Source of the DNA: Candidatus Babelota bacterium
GTDB lineage: Bacteria; Babelota; Babeliae; Babelales; UASB340
Assembly (NCBI GenBank): GCA_042576165.1
Contig: JBHPBZ010000002.1
Span: forward strand, 1 to 56,723
Reading direction: 5' to 3'
DNA length: 56,723 bases
Part shown: one piece after another, positions 52,251 to 56,723 of the stretch
How positions within the stretch are numbered: position 1 is the stretch's first letter
How the letters are laid out: each line of letters opens with the position of its first letter
Made by a program: the position numbers and the translations under genes
Notes under the pieces: model-generated
The model's database searches: none
Told to the model about the DNA's origin: nothing
Seen by the model: only the letters and a program-made list of their open reading frames with translations

Positions 52251-52441
52251 GCTTTACCCAAAAACAAAAATTAAACTTAAAGTTCAGATTCAAACATAAA
52301 GATCATACCATTTTTTCTTCTAAAAATTTTAAAAAATTAGAAAATTTGGAATACTCTTTATGAGAAAAGGAATCACCATTGCAATCAATATACGTTATTA
52401 AACCCTTTTTGCTTTCAAATTCTTTATAGCAAAAATCTTCA

Positions 52442-52972
52442 TCACATCCATCTCCTACGAAGATTGAAGAACAAGGTATATATTTTTATCAAAAAAGCAA
52501 GCGATACACAAAAAATCCCCCCTCCCAAAAACCACGGTTTTAAATTTTCATTTGTCACATAGTAATATAGTAAAATTAAAGGCAGAATAAAAACAGCAGA
52601 AGTAATACCTAAAACCGCACAACCCACGTTACAAAAATTTGACCTTGATAAATGTATTTTTTTGCGTATGTTGATACTATTTTGTCTTATATAATCTTCA
52701 AGTTTTTTCTTATCGAAATCTGCATTTTTTAATAATCCATCAATTTTTTTAACCCCCTCATTCAAACAGTTGTGGCAAATTACAAACATCTTTTTTGAGT
52801 TATCTTTGACCGAACAATCAAATAAAGTTGCAGTATTTTTAATTTTATCATTGAGAACAATCTCTTTTTGGCAAGAATCACATTTTTTAAAATCAAAAAC
52901 AGATATATCACTTTCTTTTTCCTTTTCCATCCCAAAAGAAAAATTAAAATTCAATGCAAATAAAACAATCAC
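52442..52972 (-). CDS. hypothetical membrane protein with CxxC...CxxC segment and two C-terminal TM helices
   Basis: 176 aa. CDSCQKE...CHNCLNEG. C-terminal hydrophobic stretches AVLGITSAVFILPLILLYYY and FLGGGIFCVSLAFLIKIY. Confidence 0.5.
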   Translation of the reverse strand: MIVLFALNFNFSFGMEKEKESDISVFDFKKCDSCQKEIVLNDKIKNTATLFDCSVKDNSKKMFVICHNCLNEGVKKIDGLLKNADFDKKKLEDYIRQNSINIRKKIHLSRSNFCNVGCAVLGITSAVFILPLILLYYYVTNENLKPWFLGGGIFCVSLAFLIKIYTLFFNLRRRWM

Positions 52973-53182
52973 ACATTAAAAAAACTTTTTCATAAAACTC
53001 CTATTTTAAAAAAAATAAATGTAAAATAAATACAAGGAATCAAGCATAAAGTAAAAATTAAAAGTGTAAAGTTCACTTTTAATGATAAAGTAATATACTT
53101 ACCCTTCGTTTAAAACAACTTAAGTGAATAGTTATTTTACTAAATACTCTTAGTCATTAGATAAATTAAATTTTATAAAAAT

Positions 53183-54070
53183 ATGCAAAAGATAAATACT
53201 ATAATTTTTATGCCCTTATTATTTTTACAAACAATCTGTACTAATTTGTTTGCAATGGAAAATAGAATTTGTTACGTAAAACCTATCCAATTGGAACAAT
53301 CATGTTATTGTTCTTTTTCAAAAAACGAAGAACTCTATGGAGGAATGTTAGCTTTAATACCCCCAAATACAGTAATCATTCCCGATGATTTTTTTAAACT
53401 AAGAATAAAAAAAAATTCCAATCCGAATCCCCAAACACCCTATTTTATATTAGGAGGACATTTTATAAATCCTAATTCTTTTAAATTGAATAATGATAAT
53501 TTTTATTTAACTCCTATCGATCAAGCATCCAACTTAATTCAAAATTCTAATAAAGAACCCGTTAAAGACATTGAACAATTTAAAATTTTAAGTTTTCAAC
53601 CAGTATCTAGCGATAATAAAATTCATTGGGGAACTTGGAATATTCAAAAAACAGATGTCAATCAAAAACAAAGTATTTTTTATAAATCAAGCAGTCTGTT
53701 GATTCTAGAAAACAAAAAAATTATAAAAAACATACTCCAAGAATTCTTGGATTTATGCATATGTCATCTTATAGCGCCAATAAAAATAAAAAACTATTCT
53801 ATTTTCGAAGATAATCCATGGAAAAGCTTTCTTCCAAAAGACATTTATGATAAAGAAAAAAATAAACGTAGTTTTTATTCCAAATCTTATATATATAACG
53901 CAATAATCAATAAAGCATTAGTTCGATTTAAAATAACTTTATCACATTGTATAACTAGTAATCATTATTTATTAACAAGTTTTTACCCTATTGATAATTG
54001 GAAAATAAAAGAATCCGCCAACTCACCATTTAAAATTATTTGTACAAGACTACCATCAATTAACATTTAG
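53183..54070 (+). CDS. hypothetical secreted protein
   Basis: 295-aa ORF with signal peptide IIFMPLLFLQTICTNLFA. No recognisable motif. Confidence 0.5.
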   Translation: MQKINTIIFMPLLFLQTICTNLFAMENRICYVKPIQLEQSCYCSFSKNEELYGGMLALIPPNTVIIPDDFFKLRIKKNSNPNPQTPYFILGGHFINPNSFKLNNDNFYLTPIDQASNLIQNSNKEPVKDIEQFKILSFQPVSSDNKIHWGTWNIQKTDVNQKQSIFYKSSSLLILENKKIIKNILQEFLDLCICHLIAPIKIKNYSIFEDNPWKSFLPKDIYDKEKNKRSFYSKSYIYNAIINKALVRFKITLSHCITSNHYLLTSFYPIDNWKIKESANSPFKIICTRLPSINI

Positions 54071-54118
54071 CCTTGTACAATACTCCTACGATACAAATTT
54101 AAATCACAAACAAATGTA

Positions 54119-56677
54119 TTAAGAAATTATAAATTCGGTATTTTTAATATCAACATTAAATATTTTTTTATTTGGATTTTTTAAAATATCTATTGCTAAA
54201 GGATTTGCAATATGCTGCTGAATTGCCCTTTTTAACGGCCTTGCCCCAAATTCTTTAACGTAACCTAATTCAGTAAGCCTTGTAATACAATTGTCCGAAA
54301 CTGTAAGTACAATATTTTTTTCTTTCATTCTTTTTTGTAGCTTTTTGATATGAATACTTACAATTTTTTGTATATCTTCTTTAGTTAAAGACTTAAAAAA
54401 TATTGTTTCATCAATTCTATTTAAAAATTCTGGCCTAAAGTTTTTATGTAATAAATTTTCAATTTCGTTTATAACTTTTTGTGTAATACTCCCAGCTTTT
54501 AAAATTAAATCAGAACCAATATTGGAAGTCATAATAACAATAGAATTTTTAAAAGAAACAGTTCTTCCTTTCGCATCAGTCAAACGTCCATCATCTAAAA
54601 TTTGTAAAAATATATTAAAAACATCAGGATGTGCTTTTTCTATTTCATCAAAAAGTAAAACAGAATATGGATGTTGACGAACTTGCTCTGTAAGTTGCCC
54701 ACCTTCTTCATAACCAACATAACCGGGAGGAGAACCAATTAATTTTGAAACAGAATGTTTTTCCATATATTCAGACATATCTATTCTAATAATCTGATGC
54801 TCATCATTAAAAAGATAATCTGCCAAACTTTTTGCAACTTCTGTTTTTCCAACACCAGTTGGGCCTAAAAATAAAAATGAACCAATTGGTTTATTGGGAT
54901 CTGAAATTCCTGCACGATGAACACGAATTGTATTTGAAATTTTTGTAATTGCTTCATCTTGCCCAATAACCCTTTTGTGCAAAATCTCTTCCATTTTTAT
55001 AAGTTTTTCGCTTTCATCAGCTTTCAATTTTTCTACTGGAACTTTTATCCAACGAGACAGCACCGATGCAATATCATCTTCATCAACTTCTTCTTTTGTC
55101 ATACGATGTTGTAATTTTTTTAGTTCTTCTTGTTCTTTTTTCAGTTCAACATTTAACTCTGCTAATGTTCCATATTTAATTCTAGATGCTTTTGTAAAAT
55201 CTCCATCTCGTTCTGCCTGGGCATATTCAATATTTGATCTATCAATCTTTGACTTTAAAGATTGGATTCTATCTAATGGTCTTTTTTCAGATTTCCACTG
55301 ATCCATCAAATGTCGATTTTCTTCTTTAATGTTTGAAAGTTCCTTTTCTATAACTTTTAATCTTTTTTTAGAATCTTCATCTTTTTCTTTTTCAAGAGCA
55401 ACTTTTTCAATTTCCAACTGCCTTATTTTTCTTTCTAATTTATCCAAATCTTCTGGTTTAGAATCGATCGCCATTTTTACTTTTGCTGCAGCTTCATCAA
55501 CAAGATCAATCGCTTTATCCGGCAAAAATCTATCCGAAATCATTTTTGCAGAAAGATTTGCCGCACTTACCAAAGCCTGATCTTTAATTCTAATTCCATG
55601 ATGCAATTCATATCGTTCTTTTAAGCCTCGTAGAATTGAAATAGTATCCTGAATTGACGGTTCTTCGACCAAGACTTTTTGAAATCTCCGTTCAAGGGCT
55701 GCATCTTTTTCGATATACTTTTTATATTCAGATAAAGTTGTTGCACCAACACAATGCAAAGATCCTCTTGCAAGGGCAGGTTTTAACAAATTCGATGCAT
55801 CCATTCCACCTTCAGATGCACCAGCTCCAACAAGCATATGCATCTCATCGATAAATAAAATTATATTAGAAGAATCTTTTTCTATCGATTTTAAAAGTGC
55901 TTTCAATCTTTCTTCAAATTCACCTCTAAATTTCGTTCCTGCAAGCAAAGAACCCAAATCTAATGATAAAATCTTTCGATTTCTCAAACTTTCTGGCACA
56001 TCATGATCAATAATTCTTTGCGCAATACCTTCCACAATTGCAGTCTTACCAACACCTGGATCTCCCACAAGAACAGGGTTGTTTTTTCTACGACGCGAAA
56101 GTATCTGAATTACTCTTCTAATTTCATCATTTCTACCAATCACAACATCCAGTTTTCCATCAGATGCCATCTTTGTTAAATCATGACAATATTTTTCTAA
56201 AACCTGATGTGTATTTTCTGCATTCTGACTTTTTACATTTTCACCTTGTCTTAGATTTTTTACCCAATCTAAAACTCGAGAATAAGTAAAATTATTTTGT
56301 TTAAAAAAATCAGAAATAAAATGTGGTAAGTTTTTTGTTTTGGCTAAAGTTAATAATGAAATATCCACACTTATGTAATCATCACCAAAGGCCTTTGCTT
56401 CTTTTTCACAATCTTGTAAAAAACTATAAAAATTGTTATCCAAAGCTGGCTGAATACCTTGCACCCTAGAAAGAGTTAAAAGTTCTTTTGTAACTAAGTT
56501 TTTTAAAACATTTGTATTAATATTTAATTTTTTAAAACACGATAAAAAATAATCATTTTGTAATCCAACCATTAAAAGATGGATTATTTGCAATGTTGCA
56601 CTTTGTTGCTCCGAAGCAAAAGTAAATGCCTCTTGCAACAAATTTGCAAAGGCATTTGTAAAATTTTTATTATTCAT
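54119..56677 (-). CDS. clpB: ATP-dependent chaperone/disaggregase ClpB
   Basis: 852 aa. Two AAA+ modules ([13 protein letters not shown]; [13 protein letters not shown]), a long coiled-coil middle domain between them, and [10 protein letters not shown]. Confidence 0.97.
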   Translation of the reverse strand: MNNKNFTNAFANLLQEAFTFASEQQSATLQIIHLLMVGLQNDYFLSCFKKLNINTNVLKNLVTKELLTLSRVQGIQPALDNNFYSFLQDCEKEAKAFGDDYISVDISLLTLAKTKNLPHFISDFFKQNNFTYSRVLDWVKNLRQGENVKSQNAENTHQVLEKYCHDLTKMASDGKLDVVIGRNDEIRRVIQILSRRRKNNPVLVGDPGVGKTAIVEGIAQRIIDHDVPESLRNRKILSLDLGSLLAGTKFRGEFEERLKALLKSIEKDSSNIILFIDEMHMLVGAGASEGGMDASNLLKPALARGSLHCVGATTLSEYKKYIEKDAALERRFQKVLVEEPSIQDTISILRGLKERYELHHGIRIKDQALVSAANLSAKMISDRFLPDKAIDLVDEAAAKVKMAIDSKPEDLDKLERKIRQLEIEKVALEKEKDEDSKKRLKVIEKELSNIKEENRHLMDQWKSEKRPLDRIQSLKSKIDRSNIEYAQAERDGDFTKASRIKYGTLAELNVELKKEQEELKKLQHRMTKEEVDEDDIASVLSRWIKVPVEKLKADESEKLIKMEEILHKRVIGQDEAITKISNTIRVHRAGISDPNKPIGSFLFLGPTGVGKTEVAKSLADYLFNDEHQIIRIDMSEYMEKHSVSKLIGSPPGYVGYEEGGQLTEQVRQHPYSVLLFDEIEKAHPDVFNIFLQILDDGRLTDAKGRTVSFKNSIVIMTSNIGSDLILKAGSITQKVINEIENLLHKNFRPEFLNRIDETIFFKSLTKEDIQKIVSIHIKKLQKRMKEKNIVLTVSDNCITRLTELGYVKEFGARPLKRAIQQHIANPLAIDILKNPNKKIFNVDIKNTEFIIS

Positions 56678-56723
56678 AAATTTAATTCTCCTATCAAAAA
56701 GAACTTTTAACTCTTTCTAGGGT

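Noticed and set aside
52234-52259. 9-bp stem hairpin (GGGTAAAGC...GCTTTACCC) spanning the alaS stop codon, considered as a terminator
   Set aside because: It is followed by an A-rich rather than a T-rich tract on the + strand, so intrinsic termination is doubtful. It is recorded here only as a possible RNA structure.
52303-52485. 61-codon open frame on the minus strand downstream of, and overlapping, gene 52442..52972 (…VGDGCDEDFCYKEFESKKGLITYIDCNGDSFSHKEYSKFSNFLKFLEEKMV)
   Set aside because: It has no ATG/GTG/TTG start apart from the penultimate codon, and no motif I recognise. It may be a gene remnant, but it cannot be supported as a feature.
54975-55854. Three plus-strand ORFs (108, 83 and 66 aa) inside clpB
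   Set aside because: They are antisense to the ClpB coiled-coil/AAA regions. The Ser/Phe-rich translations are typical shadows of Lys/Glu-rich coding sequence.

Overview
AT-rich bacterial chromosome segment. The small intergenic spaces, the nucleoside-salvage genes and the eukaryote-like LRR, WD40 and PPP-phosphatase proteins suggest a host-dependent or intracellular lineage, such as Dependentiae/TM6-like or another amoeba-associated group. Taxonomy cannot be verified from the sequence alone. The window has three parts. (i) 1.2-10.0 kb is a co-directional, tightly packed nine-gene glycan cluster: GT2, GDPD-like, two Zn-dehydrogenases, an Rpe-like epimerase, a TIM-barrel isomerase, two tandem nucleotidyltransferases and a 724-aa polytopic membrane protein. 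It looks like an activated polyol/ketose-phosphate pathway. (ii) 10.0-21.5 kb is an accessory region. Its left edge has raised GC. It holds three decayed copies of a coding repeat, a serine-recombinase remnant, a truncated GIY-YIG gene, a CYTH gene, secreted enzyme-like proteins and two tandem polymorphic-toxin-CT/immunity-like gene pairs. The stretch 12.8-21.1 kb is bracketed by a 351-bp direct duplication of the 3' part of a TPM-domain gene and abuts a tRNA-Val/Asn/Asp cluster. (iii) 22-57 kb is mostly core genes: deoxynucleoside kinase, rlmB, ftsQ-like/ftsA/ftsZ, pgeF, PGI/PMI, rpmE, prfA, a NupC-family transporter, mnmA, ppsA, rlmN, SPFH/NfeD, alaS and clpB. Candidate secreted effector-like proteins are interspersed among them: a PPP phosphatase, a signal peptide + NLS-like + PD-(D/E)XK protein, and a beta-helix + 7xWD40 protein. 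I saw no rRNA, CRISPR array or intact transposase. All family assignments come from motif recognition by eye; no database search or folding was run, so they are hypotheses to confirm by HMM/BLAST.
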